The notes: generated by a model from the sequence alone, not told the origin. 63,672 nucleotides of DNA, filler included, from Gonapodya sp. JEL0774 (GCA_027604505.1; 55 parts of 55 records of this genome joined end to end with filler, not necessarily neighbours in it); one strand, 5' to 3'. Counted from the first letter of the whole stretch, positions 1-12,547 are shown. Numbers and translations are program-made.

Positions 1-385
1 AATCTCGACAGTACTCGCCAGCACTCGCATCAAAGATCTGCAGGTGCTTCAGCGTCGCACCTGGGATCGTCAGACCTTGGATCCCCATCATGGTCCGTTG
101 CTGCCCGATTGGCGGACGAGGGGAGTAACGGGCATTTGAAGAGGACAAAGTAATGGATTGACTTGTGTGAAGTGATTTGGATGAAGCAGTCTCAGTATTG
201 GAGATGAGATTGCATGAGATGGCCTGGGGGATTGTATTAACCGATATTACTCCATTCCGCAGGGCGGATTTACAATTTCTGTCTTTTGTGCTCTCTGGTG
301 TTCTTTTCTTGTAACTTTTTTTGCGAGTGTGAGAAATATTTTATACATATTTCGGACAATTCAATACACCATTGTTCATAACGCT

Positions 386-913
386 TCACTTCTGAATGCT
401 CACTGGTATCTTCCTCTTTTTCTTTTTTGCGTGTGTCTCTGCAAGTCGGTACACCACTGCCAAGGTATCCGAGATGGAGGTGCCCTCGGTGAGATGGAGG
501 TCAGTGCAATCTTCAAACTTCCGGCCAGATGTATGGTCGGAGGATCTGGAGTTTGCTGTATTAGATCGATGATTTGTTGGTATTGGGAGTAATGTTGAGG
601 AGTATCCAGTAGGCAGTTGAGTCGGTGTGATGAGATCGGAATCGCCTCCACCACTGTCATGGTCAGAGCGACTACTGAGCGTAGAAGCCGTTGTCCACCC
701 GTGATGCATCTCTTCCGTCTCCTTTACAGCTTCAATTTCGTCTACAGGCCCCGCCTTGGAGAGTTGCCCAGACTCCGTTAACACCACATCAACACTCGGC
801 AACGCGATAGCTGAATCCGCAGATGGCGACGCTGGAAAGTCAAAAGCCGACAGCTCAGATGACATTGTGCTACTGGAGGATGAATATGGGTTGAGATCTG
901 ATAAATTGGACAT
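386..913 (-). CDS. Hypothetical Ser-rich protein
   Basis: 175-aa ORF, low complexity, basic C-terminus; no family recognised. Confidence 0.3.
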   Translation of the reverse strand: MSNLSDLNPYSSSSSTMSSELSAFDFPASPSADSAIALPSVDVVLTESGQLSKAGPVDEIEAVKETEEMHHGWTTASTLSSRSDHDSGGGDSDLITPTQLPTGYSSTLLPIPTNHRSNTANSRSSDHTSGRKFEDCTDLHLTEGTSISDTLAVVYRLAETHAKKKKRKIPVSIQK

Positions 914-1067
914 GGATTTGTGAACGCCTCACGGGCAATTGTGTTGACGAACCAATGACGTGTCGCCGTGCATAACGTCAGCGTGACCAACAAGCGCTAT
1001 GAATGCAGAGGAAAGAGAGAACTTCTCTCACCTCGGTACAGGGGCTTGATGTTCCTCGGATCTTGTT

Positions 1068-1167
1068 NNNNNNNNNNNNNNNNNNNNNNNNNNNNNNNNN
1101 NNNNNNNNNNNTTAATTAATTAANNNNNNNNNNNNNNNNNNNNNNNNNNNNNNNNNNNNNNNNNNNN
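1068..1167. other. Artificial contig spacer N44-TTAATTAATTAA-N44 (first of 54 copies, about every 1.15 kb)
   Basis: An identical 100-nt spacer recurs throughout the window; the intervening contigs fall monotonically from 1067 to 1050 bp; the 12-mer gives stops in all six frames. Confidence 0.99.
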
Positions 1168-1292
1168 GGTCTCGGCTTCCCCTGTAGGGGGGGGAAGCCC
1201 GGGAAGCCGGAATTTAGTGCTAAATTCCAACATCCGCTATATAGAGTGGGTTGGGAGTTTTTGTGGCAGTTTGGAGGGGGTCAAAACAGAGT

Positions 1293-2234
1293 ATCACAGT
1301 CACACACCCCTAGTAGGAAATCCTTTGGGCGTAACATGAAGACCCATTAGCTGGTCACATTGCCTCTGGCAAAATGTGGGACGCAATCTGACAGCGTTTT
1401 ACATGGCCTGGTATATCGCGTGACGTGCGCCATTGGACAGCTGCATGCATTGTGTGCCAAAGTCATAAACCAAGTTGACCACATGCACAAGGCCACTTAC
1501 AGGCGTTCAACACGGAGGATGTCAATCCTGGGGACGATATCTCCATTGACATCTTAGGACCGTTCCCAACCACCGAGCGCAAGAATCAGTACGTCCTCAC
1601 CATGATTGACCACGCATTACGATGGTTGGAAGGTGTCCCAATTCCATCGATGTCTGCTGAGGTGGTGGCCAATGCCATTTTTCGACATGGTGTCTTCTTA
1701 CGCTTGCATTCCGACAATGCAAAGCACTTTGTAAACCGCGTCATGCAAAACTTGGCAAAGCTTTGTGGCTTCCAGCACACACTCTCTGCTGCGTATCATC
1801 CTGAGTCCAACTCCCTGATTGAACGCCCACATCGCTTCATCAATGACGCTCTGACAGCATACATCAATGTCAGTCATACCAATTGGGATGTAGTAATTGA
1901 ACCCATCTTGTTTGCATATCGAACCACTGTCCATCGAGCCGTAGGAGACACACCCTTCTTCCTCAACCATCTGAGAGATGCAAGGCTCCCAGCAGACCTG
2001 CTGTTCCCCGGTGTTACCAAACCCCTGCGAACAAGACCTCAAGACGTGCCAACTGCCACTGCTGTCTTGGCCCATGCGTACGACCAACTTCGCACACACA
2101 TGCGTCAGCAGAGGAAGATCCGGCAAGCTGCTTACGATCACACCGCATCTGTTACTACCTTTGACATCAACCAACTTGTCATGGTGTACTACGAGGAATC
2201 CCATCGAAAAGGGGAGAGTACGAAGCTCATCTCC
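1293..2234 (+). mobile_element. Ty3/Gypsy LTR-retrotransposon integrase, degenerate
   Basis: In one frame: HHCC zinc finger (HEDPLAGH...CIVC), then IDILGPF, LHSDNAKHF and YHPESNSLIER (DDE core), then W..V...ILFAYRTT.H...G.TPFFL. In-frame stops at 1311, 1314, 1332, 1389 and 1476. Confidence 0.93.
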
Positions 2235-2334
2235 NNNNNNNNNNNNNNNNNNNNNNNNNNNNNNNNNNNNNNNNNNNNTTAATTAATTAANNNNNNNNNN
2301 NNNNNNNNNNNNNNNNNNNNNNNNNNNNNNNNNN

Positions 2335-3352
2335 TGGGGGTGATGGTAATGCGCCATTACTGACAGAGTCAGAAGCTGTGGGTGCCCGAGCACCACTTGC
2401 GTTCACGGTTGTCTGTGCGCTCTCGTCCCCGATGAGGCCAAACACCCTCACAGCCGCACCCAACCCTTTCTGAACGTCCGAGTAAAAGCCACCCAAAGCA
2501 ACCAAGCTTCCACCAGTGTATCCTGTGTAGATTAAGAAGGAGGTCAGCTCTCCGATGGTCATGGCGCCGCTGGCGACAAGTTTGCTTCCGAAATAGAGGA
2601 CTTGGGAAACAAAAGAGAGGCTCGGTAAGCGTAGGTCAGTCCATCTTACTCAAATGACCCTTAGACTCACCTGCTAGGATGGTGAGATTACCGGCGAACA
2701 TTGCTCTGAATGGAATCCGAGGTGGTATGGTGGTGTAGGCACCGAATTTCTCAGTCTACAATCACAGTCAAGACTGTGACCTTGTACCATATTCGATATC
2801 ACTCACGTTGAAAAGAAACTTGCGGTCGCGATATGCTCAGTCCTCGCCAACCCTAGAACTTCATCCACTCTCTCACCAAACCTTGAAGTTCACAATAGCC
2901 ACAGCCATAACATAAATGCAAAAGACAAAAATCATATTGGTGCAGAACGTACCGCATTGCCTCCCCCCTTTCCATCGAAAAAGCTCTCACAGTCCTGAGT
3001 GCCGACACTTTCTCCTCTGCAAGCTCTACTGTCGAAGCGAGAGCGTCCTGCGTGCGCTTCGAGAGGTTGCGCACAAATCGACCACTAGAAAGTGGTGTGT
3101 TGGTACATGAGATGAGTGTGACGCATTTTTACTCTACGGGAAGAGGGAGGAGGGAATGGGGTACAACCTACTAGTAGCGGGCGCCAATGGCCAGTGGCGG
3201 TACGATGGATGCCATGATGAATGTAAGTTGTGGGGACATATAGAACCTGTTGAAAAGGGACATCAGATGTGGAGGCCCAAGTATTCTCATTGTGGCGTGC
3301 TGTCGGATCTACTCACAGCATTCCACCACCTCCGAGGACCATGACGGCGGAT
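2335..3352 (-). CDS. MDL1: Mitochondrial ABCB10/MDL1-like ABC half-transporter, transmembrane domain (internal, multi-exon)
   Basis: Spliced peptides FYMSPQLT..VPPLAIGARYYGRFVRNLSKRTQDALA..AEEKVSALRTVRAF and MTIGELTSFLIYTGYTGGSL..FYSDVQKGLGAAVRVF. Confidence 0.85.
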
Positions 3353-3648
3353 CTGAGAACAAATGCGACAGAGGCTCAAAAGAATCAATCGAAATCGATT
3401 TNNNNNNNNNNNNNNNNNNNNNNNNNNNNNNNNNNNNNNNNNNNNTTAATTAATTAANNNNNNNNNNNNNNNNNNNNNNNNNNNNNNNNNNNNNNNNNNN
3501 NTCCGTCACTGGACCTGATCTGCAACTATACTCCGGCTTTATCTGTGTCAACCTCACCAACTTCTTCTACCACTTCGTTTGCGTCCAGACTTTCCGCGAC
3601 TCTCTGCCTCTTGGACTTTTTCATGGTCGTGTAGGCACTCCAGTTGTG

Positions 3649-3972
3649 TCACTTTGGACCGGCCTCTGTTGGTATCGGTGTATCTACGCTACGCAGTCCC
3701 TTCTCGGTGTTCTTCGTTGACGCATCCACGCTTTCTACGCCGCCACATTCAATGGTAACATCCCCTAATGTTTGTGAAGATGATTTGTTGGTCTTCGGCT
3801 TTCTAGATTTCCTCTTGACGAGAGTATTCGCCTCCGCGTCGAGGTACTGGAGCACCTCCTCCTTGGCAACGACGACCGATCCGGAATCGTCCACCAGCCT
3901 GCTCTTCCCTTTGCGCCTCGTTCTCTTCACGGTCCCATCTTCAGCGTCAGGCTCCTCTGCTTTCGGTTTCAT
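3649..3972 (-). CDS. Hypothetical Lys/Glu-rich protein fragment
   Basis: Basic and acidic low-complexity ORF; no domain recognised. Confidence 0.3.
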   Translation of the reverse strand: MKPKAEEPDAEDGTVKRTRRKGKSRLVDDSGSVVVAKEEVLQYLDAEANTLVKRKSRKPKTNKSSSQTLGDVTIECGGVESVDASTKNTEKGLRSVDTPIPTEAGPK

Positions 3973-4749
3973 TTTCTTTTCATTCCTCTCCTTCCGCTTT
4001 CATTCCTCTCCTTCCGCTCTGATTCTAGAGTGTCCGCTGCAGAGTCCGCGATGTGAATTAAAACAGACGAGCTCGCAACAGACGGGCCGGTGTGATTCCA
4101 CTGGCCGTCCGATCGCTGTCCGAGTTATTCCCAGAGTCCATTGAATGTCCACGGACAGACGAACGTGGTGTGGCCCGACCGAGATTAGATATTCGAGCGA
4201 AGTGTGGCAAGGCTGCCATCCTCGGATGCAAAATAGTCTTGCAACCGAGACAGCTGTAGTGCTGAGAAGCTGGTTTCCGTCCTAGGGCACCGCAGCGTCT
4301 GTGATTGGGTTGGGTTCCAGTGAAAGGGTTCACGATACAAGTGGCGAGGACGTATCGAGAGAAACGTTCCAGGGATATTGGCGAGGTCACGAGAATCGTA
4401 GTTTCAGACAACCTTGTTGCGGACGAACTTTGTACGAACGCAACAGACCATACATATAGCCAAATACAAAATACCAGTTGCAATCAAAATCATCATTCAT
4501 CTTCGATATAACGTTCATAATAATGTGAGGTATCATCATGCAGGAATCGCTTGGCGTATTTTCGCTTANNNNNNNNNNNNNNNNNNNNNNNNNNNNNNNN
4601 NNNNNNNNNNNNTTAATTAATTAANNNNNNNNNNNNNNNNNNNNNNNNNNNNNNNNNNNNNNNNNNNNGATACATGCTCATTCCCGCAGTGGTCCCACGT
4701 GCATGCATGCATGCGTGCATATCAAATGCCATGTTTCGACAACACGCAC

Positions 4750-5612
4750 TCCGATGGTGGTTTGGCCTAACGGGAAGCTGCAGTTCCCGTTAAGCTCGCA
4801 GGGAGATATAGCCACCTGCTCCGCAGTTGGTCCGAGTTGCAGACTTGCTGCACCATTGCGATCGTCCTTTCGCCCTCCACAGAATCCAAAGACAGGTCCT
4901 CCCATCGATTCTATGGCCGTGGTACCTGCCAACACGATGAGGTCACCCCAAGAGAGATCCGGGTGCTTGACCTTAATTGGCTCCAGGACGCGTAGTGCTT
5001 TATCGAGATTGGTGTTGTCTGGCCACGAGTGCTCGGGATTGAAACGAATCCGCCCGCCGTCGCATCCTCCTCTTCCATCTGAGTTACGGTATGATCCCGC
5101 GCAGTGCCACGCGAGACGAATAAAAAATGGACCGTAGTTTCCGAAATCTGCGGGCCAAAAGTCCTGATTCAGAGGAAGCAGCAGTGTTGGTCAGGGGTAG
5201 TTAGAGCGGCGATCGTGAGGGATCGTTGGGAAGTTGAGCAAGATAACAGGAAGTCACAGAGAGAGGAAGATCAGCGACTCACAAAGTTCTTACGAAGAAG
5301 AAATCGTACTATTCATTTTCCAGCAGCCAGCCACGATTGGTGGTGCTTCCCGGACTACTCATCTTTCGCGTCACTCACGTTGGAGTCGGTAAGCGCAGCC
5401 TTGATATCCGCCTTGACGGCCAAGTAGTCGACTTTTTTCGTCTCAACCGCCTCGTGATCCGCGCTCAGAAGTGTGTCCGAGCCAATCTGAATTTGGGATG
5501 CAGGAGCGCCGCCGCGCTTCGAGCGATGATAGGGACATCCGGGGCTCGCGGACGCCACGACTCGTCCCGCAAGACCGAAAAGAACGAAGAGCGCAAGCGC
5601 TGCGAAACGCAT
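4750..5612 (-). CDS. katG: Secreted catalase-peroxidase (KatG-type class I heme peroxidase), 5' part
   Basis: Exon 5612-5379 begins with a signal peptide ([16 protein letters not shown]) and includes GCPY. Exon 5163-4750 reads [73 protein letters not shown]. Confidence 0.9.
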
Positions 5613-5835
5613 CGATGTCGTTCGTGTCGATTACAAGTCGCGATTGGAGTCCCGGGATACTGAGTTTCAGTTGGGCACGCCCATATGAAACATGTTCGGT
5701 TTGCACTAGGGATGTGAGGACGCTCACATTCGTTCNNNNNNNNNNNNNNNNNNNNNNNNNNNNNNNNNNNNNNNNNNNNTTAATTAATTAANNNNNNNNN
5801 NNNNNNNNNNNNNNNNNNNNNNNNNNNNNNNNNNN

Positions 5836-6902
5836 CGCGGGGTCGTAAGGTGGGAGGTTGTCGTCCTCGTCGTCATCATGCCAGGGCGTTTCTATTGGAG
5901 GTGCAGGGACCGTGGTGCTGGGAGAGGAGGACTCCAAGTTAGAAGTAGTAGCTTGTTTCGCGGAAGCGGCAGCTTCGGCGGCGGTCTTGGCCACTTCGTT
6001 GCGATGAGCGGGAGGTGGCCGGTGTCACTAGAAGCGTACTCATATCTTCATCTTAGCATCGGCTTACCTTCCAGTCTCGCGAGTTCTTCTTCCAAAGATG
6101 GGAGCATTTGTTTGATGCGCGCTAGTTCGCTCGTCTTATTTTCCTTTAGTTGTTTCCCCCGATTGGATATTTGCGCACGCAGTTTCGAGCCCTGAAGATG
6201 ATCGTTTGTCAGCTGAACCTATCAGAGTAGATACCACTCAAGCAAAACGCTCAACAAACCGCAAGTCGCGATTGAATCGCCACGAGCCTTTCCGCTTGTG
6301 CGACTTTTGCGAGCTCTTCGCAACGGTTGGGGCAAAGACCGGGCGATTGCCACTCATCGGAGCCATCACAGCATTCAGGGTCTGTGCAGTACGCAAATTT
6401 TAAGAGGTTTTCAGGGGGTGGAAGACCGGGGGGACGGACACTTTATCTGATTGCCAAACTCACCACATACTCGGTCGTTCACGCGGCTAGATTTGACGAA
6501 TCCCGGGACATGCCCGGCATTCAAACAGTAGAATGTTGAGTCGGGACAGGCAGAGGTTCCTGTGTTCAGTGGAGCAGTACAATGTTGGGCCGAGTTATCC
6601 CTATCTCACTTGGTTCACCCAGGCAAGCACAACTGAATTGACAAAGTTGTTATGAAACTCACCAGGTTCATCGCTCCCATCGGCACAGTCACAGTAGTCA
6701 TCATTCACGACGGAATATGGAAGGCGTTCCTTTCCGCTTGTACACACGAATGTCATTCTTGTGCGGTTTCTGGGATCCGGCACGGGGAGGTATTGTGAAG
6801 ACCCTGGTTAATGAGAAACCGTAGTTAGATCATTAGCAAGGGCATGCACCGACAACACTCAACTGGAGGGAGGGACACCCCGGACATTCGACTCGGGATG
6901 TT
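5836..6902 (-). CDS. GTB1: Glucosidase II beta subunit (PRKCSH/GTB1), N-terminal part
   Basis: [44 protein letters not shown], followed by a coiled coil; multi-exon. Confidence 0.88.
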
Positions 6903-7002
6903 NNNNNNNNNNNNNNNNNNNNNNNNNNNNNNNNNNNNNNNNNNNNTTAATTAATTAANNNNNNNNNNNNNNNNNNNNNNNNNNNNNNNNNNNNNNNNNN
7001 NN

Positions 7003-7854
7003 AGTGGAGTCACGGTGATATTCTCCACGTCGTCGGCTCGGCCGAAATAGTTCACCAGCCCTGCCACCGAGAGAACGTCGAGGGCGGCAAGGTTGCCCTC
7101 ACCAAAAGGGTCGTCGTGGTTACCGTGTATGGAAAAGAGGGGAAGAGATATATTGAGGTTTGGGTCGTGGAAGTTGACCAGAGGGAAGTGTCTGTGGGAG
7201 AGCACGGAGTCCAGATCGCATAAACAGAGAGAACAGTCATGTTTTGAGGAACAACTCGATAAGATTTGACAAAGCAAATGGCTGACTGAAGGGAGGCCAC
7301 CATCAGGACCCTTTCCCAAGCCGTTCATTCCGGGTTCGGATTAGTCATGTACACTGGGCTCTATCGATTCTGTAGGTCGCCCACAACTGCAGTCACTCCA
7401 CATCTTCAAGCCTCAAACGTACCGGGAAGGGAAGTTCACTGACTGGTCCGACAAAAATTCGATCTGACAGGGCCTGTCCCCCATGCAATACTTTCTGAGT
7501 AGCGACATTGCGGTGTAGAGGCTGTTTCTAGAAGGTTTGTTCTCGTGAAACAAGTCGCCTCCGAGGAGGATGAAGTCGACCTTTTGCAGGTCGAAACGGT
7601 GAGCACGATGGCTACTTTGCTCATGTAAAACGAGGACAACGTACATCATTTTCCTTTGCCAGCTGAAGTACCTCTTCGAATGCTCTGAAGGAGTCGTTCG
7701 ATCTGACCGGATCCTTCTCCAAATACCCCAAATGATTGTCGGTCGCAATCAAAATGGAAATGACGTTCGAGGAGTCCTCGTCCACTGAGACAGGATCAGA
7801 AGCGGCACCGTTAGCAGAACTTTCTGCGAAGTTTCTGTTCACGGCCAGCGGCAT
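7003..7854 (-). CDS. MRE11: Mre11 nuclease, N-terminal phosphoesterase domain
   Basis: [36 protein letters not shown] and [17 protein letters not shown] across 3 exons. Confidence 0.97.
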
Positions 7855-9336
7855 CAGTACTAAACGTGACGAAGCACGGGAGCTGGGATGGAAGTGCTCG
7901 GTCAACCAACCGTGGCCTTCATCTTCTAATTCGAAACTTATGAAACGTTCAGTCGCCCAGAACAAAGCGATTCAAGAATACATTCAGACTATCCTGTGTT
8001 TGTTTTGGGAAGATAAAAGATAATCACACATCAGCAACTAAGTTCAATGTTGATCGGAACGAAATCTGNNNNNNNNNNNNNNNNNNNNNNNNNNNNNNNN
8101 NNNNNNNNNNNNTTAATTAATTAANNNNNNNNNNNNNNNNNNNNNNNNNNNNNNNNNNNNNNNNNNNNTGCAGCGTACAGGAGTGGAAGGAGGCACGACA
8201 CTTTGGGGTGAGAGGGTGGGGTGTCGGGGGTGTGAGAGAGCGGTAGCATCGGCTCGTTCAAGTAGTGCACGGCATTCGTGCAACTCGTGATTTTATTGTT
8301 GTACTGTGACCATCTAGATTCCGTCTCGTACAACGGCTGTCATCTTGACATGACCGCTCAACAGACAATTGCCAGTTGCGTTGGTCCGCGGTTCTCGAAT
8401 GCTTTTCCAATGATTCCCACTTACTTACTCTCGGCCGCCACGCATGCACGAACTCATCGGGAGGCTGATGGGGTGTGTATGGTTTCACCCAGGTATCTGA
8501 TGTTGAAGTCCTCCGACGATGCACCAAACCGAATACACAACACGACTGGGACAAATCGGACGAGAACAAGCGGGGGTTGCACGAGAATATATTTGGGAAC
8601 CTCCAGCGCGCCTGTCGGGCCAGGGAGGAAGAAGGGGGTCACTCGCACAACCCCCTCGGGCGTCGCACTGGGGCAAAAGGCTATGGATGCAAAACGAGTC
8701 CAATGCTAGCACCAGAAATTGGAGGGAAAACAAAGATTAATCATGAAACCGGAGTCGGAACGTGGCACCTTCTCGGCACTCACCTTGGATCAGGCGCCTG
8801 GCTACGCAGCAATGTCAACCACCAGCCTACCAACACACCAACCTTGCTGGATGCTTCGTCAAGAGCAGCGGTCCCTTGGCGGCCCCGGCACTCCTTGAGG
8901 TCGGGGTATCGAGAGCCAAGTCTCTCAGATAGAGCCGGGTCCCCAAGCCGAGTCCTTATACCATGACCCCTCGCAACCGTTATGAATCATCACCCCTATG
9001 ACTCCGGAAGCAAGGTTTAGAGATTCCTGTGCTCTCTCAGCTGGGCAGGGCCAGTGTGGGCCTAGATGTGGGTGGGATAATTCAAAGAGTTGAGAACGTT
9101 GGACGCAGTAAGACTCAACGAAGACAACGTGCAAAATGTATTTACAGGCAGCATATGTTCAACATTTGAGTTCGGCGATCGTTCCGCGTTTGGCGTCTGG
9201 AATCTTGGAAATGTGTCGGGACATGAACTGCGCTNNNNNNNNNNNNNNNNNNNNNNNNNNNNNNNNNNNNNNNNNNNNTTAATTAATTAANNNNNNNNNN
9301 NNNNNNNNNNNNNNNNNNNNNNNNNNNNNNNNNNTT

Positions 9337-10400
9337 GTGTCAGCATTCTGGAATGCATTTGTCTACCTTTACTTTGAAAGGTTGGATGATGGTTCCATGG
9401 ACATGTCCCAGGCTATGGGTATCGTTTCTTCAAGGGTCCACATGAAGAACTCCTTCAGCAATTGATAAAGAAATGCCAGGAGGCCCTGCAATTATCTGTT
9501 TCAGATCCAAGTTATGGCCATGTGAACATGCACAAATACTATCAAAGCATTTACTTATGGTTGTCAGACCCTGGTATTTGCACTGGTGCAAAGTATCTTG
9601 GTAATTTGAGCTCAGATTACAATGTGGATTACATTCAGCACATTCTTCTTTCAAACATGGATGAGGTTGAAATCTGGAACTCCCAGAATACACATTATCT
9701 GAAGGAAAGGGTGTCATATCAACAAGAGCAAAGTCCTCCACCTGGTAACTTTAGCTCAAATGTTGGCAAGTTTGATAACATGGATCAAAGATTGCAACAT
9801 AGAACTCCAAATTTGGTTTTGAGAGTACCAATTATTAGAAATCAAAGTGTGAATATTGCAGGAGACCTTGCATATCTCACTGGCAAGGCAGCCAACTTTG
9901 AACTTGATCAGAATCGCCAGGAGGAACTTGATCGAGAGTATTTAAACACTCTAAAAATGCTTTACCAGGAAGACACAAAGAGTAGAACAGTGTATGTGGA
10001 TTGCACATCGTTGTTCAACAGATCGTGTGCAGGCCCTGTTGGAATATCTATCATTTCCTCAGAGGCTGTAATTGTGAACAATGTTCAAAGGGAACTGGAG
10101 AATAACAGAATGAAGGCTGAGAGCAACATTTTTGCAGATCATATCAGTCTTCCTGTTGCTGCTACTGTGTTAAGGATACTGCTTATGGACTCTACTGCAA
10201 TGGGTTATTGGCAAACTACTATCCACAATTCTGCTATCACTGAGAAAACTGGGAAACCATATTTGATGCTCATTCAGACAATTAACAGCAAGCTTCAGCG
10301 ATATCCACCCTTGTCAATTGTGCTTGACCGTGCACTTCCCAAACTTGCTATGGAATTTCAATCCAGTGCTCTCATGGCACAGGAGATTTTTGGCATACTT
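9337..10400 (+). CDS. EPG5: EPG5-like autophagy tether, internal/C-terminal fragment (apparent 1-nt frameshift at about 9418)
   Basis: FWNAFVYLYFER..MG/YRFFKGPHEELL, YLWLSDP..YLGNLSSDY and LDREYLNTLKMLY..VDC....SCAG match remembered EPG5 blocks in the same order. Confidence 0.7.
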
Positions 10401-10871
10401 NNNNNNNNNNNNNNNNNNNNNNNNNNNNNNNNNNNNNNNNNNNNTTAATTAATTAANNNNNNNNNNNNNNNNNNNNNNNNNNNNNNNNNNNNNNNNNNNN
10501 GAGTCGAAGTTGAAGTGAGTTCGGTTTGCAAGTCTTGGCGGTTGTGTGACTGATTGAGTCCGGTTGGGACCTCAGCAACTCTGCTCCCGTCGTAGATTGT
10601 AAGAAAGCAAAGATTCTATTGTATGTGTACTCAACAAGGAAAATATCATTCATCTCCAATTCGCTTACGGGGGCACTGCGAATCCCGAAACGAACGATGA
10701 ACTGCCCCAACGGCCGCCCCACCCAGAGGAGAACATTTATGCAGGTAGGAATACAAGATCTGACGTTGTTCCGCTTTCTCTCCCGCGTCCTCGACCTCGT
10801 GTGCGTTCACCGGCAGTGACTCGTGGGCTCAACCAAATTACCCTTCTTCCCCACCCCGTTCATTACCCCAA

Positions 10872-11566
10872 ATGTCCACCCCACTCTGCTCCATCTGCAC
10901 CTCCTCGCCCTCCAAATACCGCTGCCCACGCTGCGATGTCCGCACCTGCTCCATCGCGTGCGTCAGGGCGCACAAGGAGGGGTCGGGATGTTCTGGCCTG
11001 CGGGACAAGACGGCGTACGTGGACATGGCGAGCTACGATGATAACAAGCTCATCAGTGGTGAGGGAAATATGAATATGCACATGCGATCGGTGTCTCCCC
11101 TCTCCGTATCCTGGGTTCATATCTTCAAGATTATGTGTATCTCGAAGAAACCTCACGAACCATCACCCGCGCCGCCAAGAACCCCATCATCCACAAACCC
11201 TCCTTCTCACTCTCGGATGATGCGCCCAGCGCACCCCGTCGTGGTTCCTCTGGCCGGCCCCGCTTGCCACGCGCACACGCCCGGTTACGAGCCCTGCAAG
11301 GTGCTGCCCGACGAGAAGGCGTGGAGCTCCGCATCATGCCGGATGGGATGACGAGGCGGGTGACGAATAAGACGACGGTGGCGAGGCTACCGCCTGTGTC
11401 CAACGTGGTCCCGACAACTTCGGGGAACGACGATGCCGCGACGACACGAGGCGACGTGGATGAACCAGAAGAAAGTACATCTGGGCAGACTTCGCAGATG
11501 GAAGTGGACCAACTTGGCGAAGATGCCAATACACCTACTGCAAACACTGTTCCTGCGTCCTTGGAC
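10872..11566 (+). CDS. BCD1: Box C/D snoRNA assembly protein Bcd1/ZNHIT6 (HIT zinc finger), 5' part
   Basis: CSIC....KYRCPRC...TCS..CV..HK...CSG.RDKT.YV....DY.YLEE, then L..AA...GV.L..MP.GMTR...NKT; one intron. Confidence 0.88.
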
Positions 11567-11666
11567 NNNNNNNNNNNNNNNNNNNNNNNNNNNNNNNNNN
11601 NNNNNNNNNNTTAATTAATTAANNNNNNNNNNNNNNNNNNNNNNNNNNNNNNNNNNNNNNNNNNNN

Positions 11667-12547
11667 TACATCGTCGTCACAGAACTCATCGGTTTCGAAC
11701 AATTTCCGAAGACAAAACCCTTACTTTCACAGTCAACCTCTAACGGTGCCGGGCAAAGTTATCCCCCGCCCTCCCTCGATCGTCTTTTGACCTCGCCAAT
11801 GACGCCATACTCACCAATGACTCCAAGCTCTCCAAATTCACATGCGTCCCTTCGAATTCCGGATCTCCCTGATAGCATGTCTGCCAAGAATTCACTCGCT
11901 TCAGGATCTGGAAACCATCGGGGTTCAATTGGGGGAAGCAACCCCGTTTACATTGCAGAGGAAATCGCAACTCAGGACGGACAAAGAATTACTGTTCTCA
12001 GACCGATGGGAGCCTCATCGATCCAGTCTCCGTCTGGAGGTTCGGACCGCAAAAGCGAAACCTCAAGTAACCGCTCTCAACCGCATCAGGGGTATTCTCA
12101 GGCCTCAGAGCAGCACATAGCAGAGCATCACTCGTTTACACTGCCCTTACGGACGACTTCAGTCAAGTTCCCCAACACGTCCTCCTCCCTTATTAGATCG
12201 TCCACTGTTCAGACGCAGGAGAACCAATCAAGATCAATCAATGACAGAATCCAACCGGGGATGATAATGACTGCGATCGTGAGTTGTCAAGAGATTCAAA
12301 CATGGCTCTGAAGGGACATTTACATCTCGCCTTTGCAGGATAACTACCGCCCGGAAATGAGCGACGAGATCCCCATCAGTCGAGGCGATGTATTGGTCGT
12401 GCTAGAGGTTCGTTGCTCCAGAATACAACCAATGGAAGATTGCTCGAATCTTATACTTATCCTTAGGTGTTCACTGACGGCTGGACACGAGTTGCAAATC
12501 GCACAACCTCAGCGTCCGGTTTTGCTCCGAGTGTTCTTCTTGGGTAA
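11667..12547 (+). CDS. Ser-rich protein with C-terminal SH3 domain, 3' part
   Basis: Spliced C-terminus AI-DNYRPEMSDEIPISRGDVLVVLE-VFTDGW....SGFAPSVLLG*. Confidence 0.75.

Noticed and set aside
8169..9234. Several overlapping 60-160 aa ORFs
   Set aside because: I recognised no motif or consistent exon structure. It may be a decayed repeat, but that is not supportable.
9335..10400. Initial reading of the CpG-poor contigs (this one and 12832-13896) as decayed transposons
   Set aside because: The translations match conserved cellular proteins (EPG5-like, INTS3-like) with open exons.
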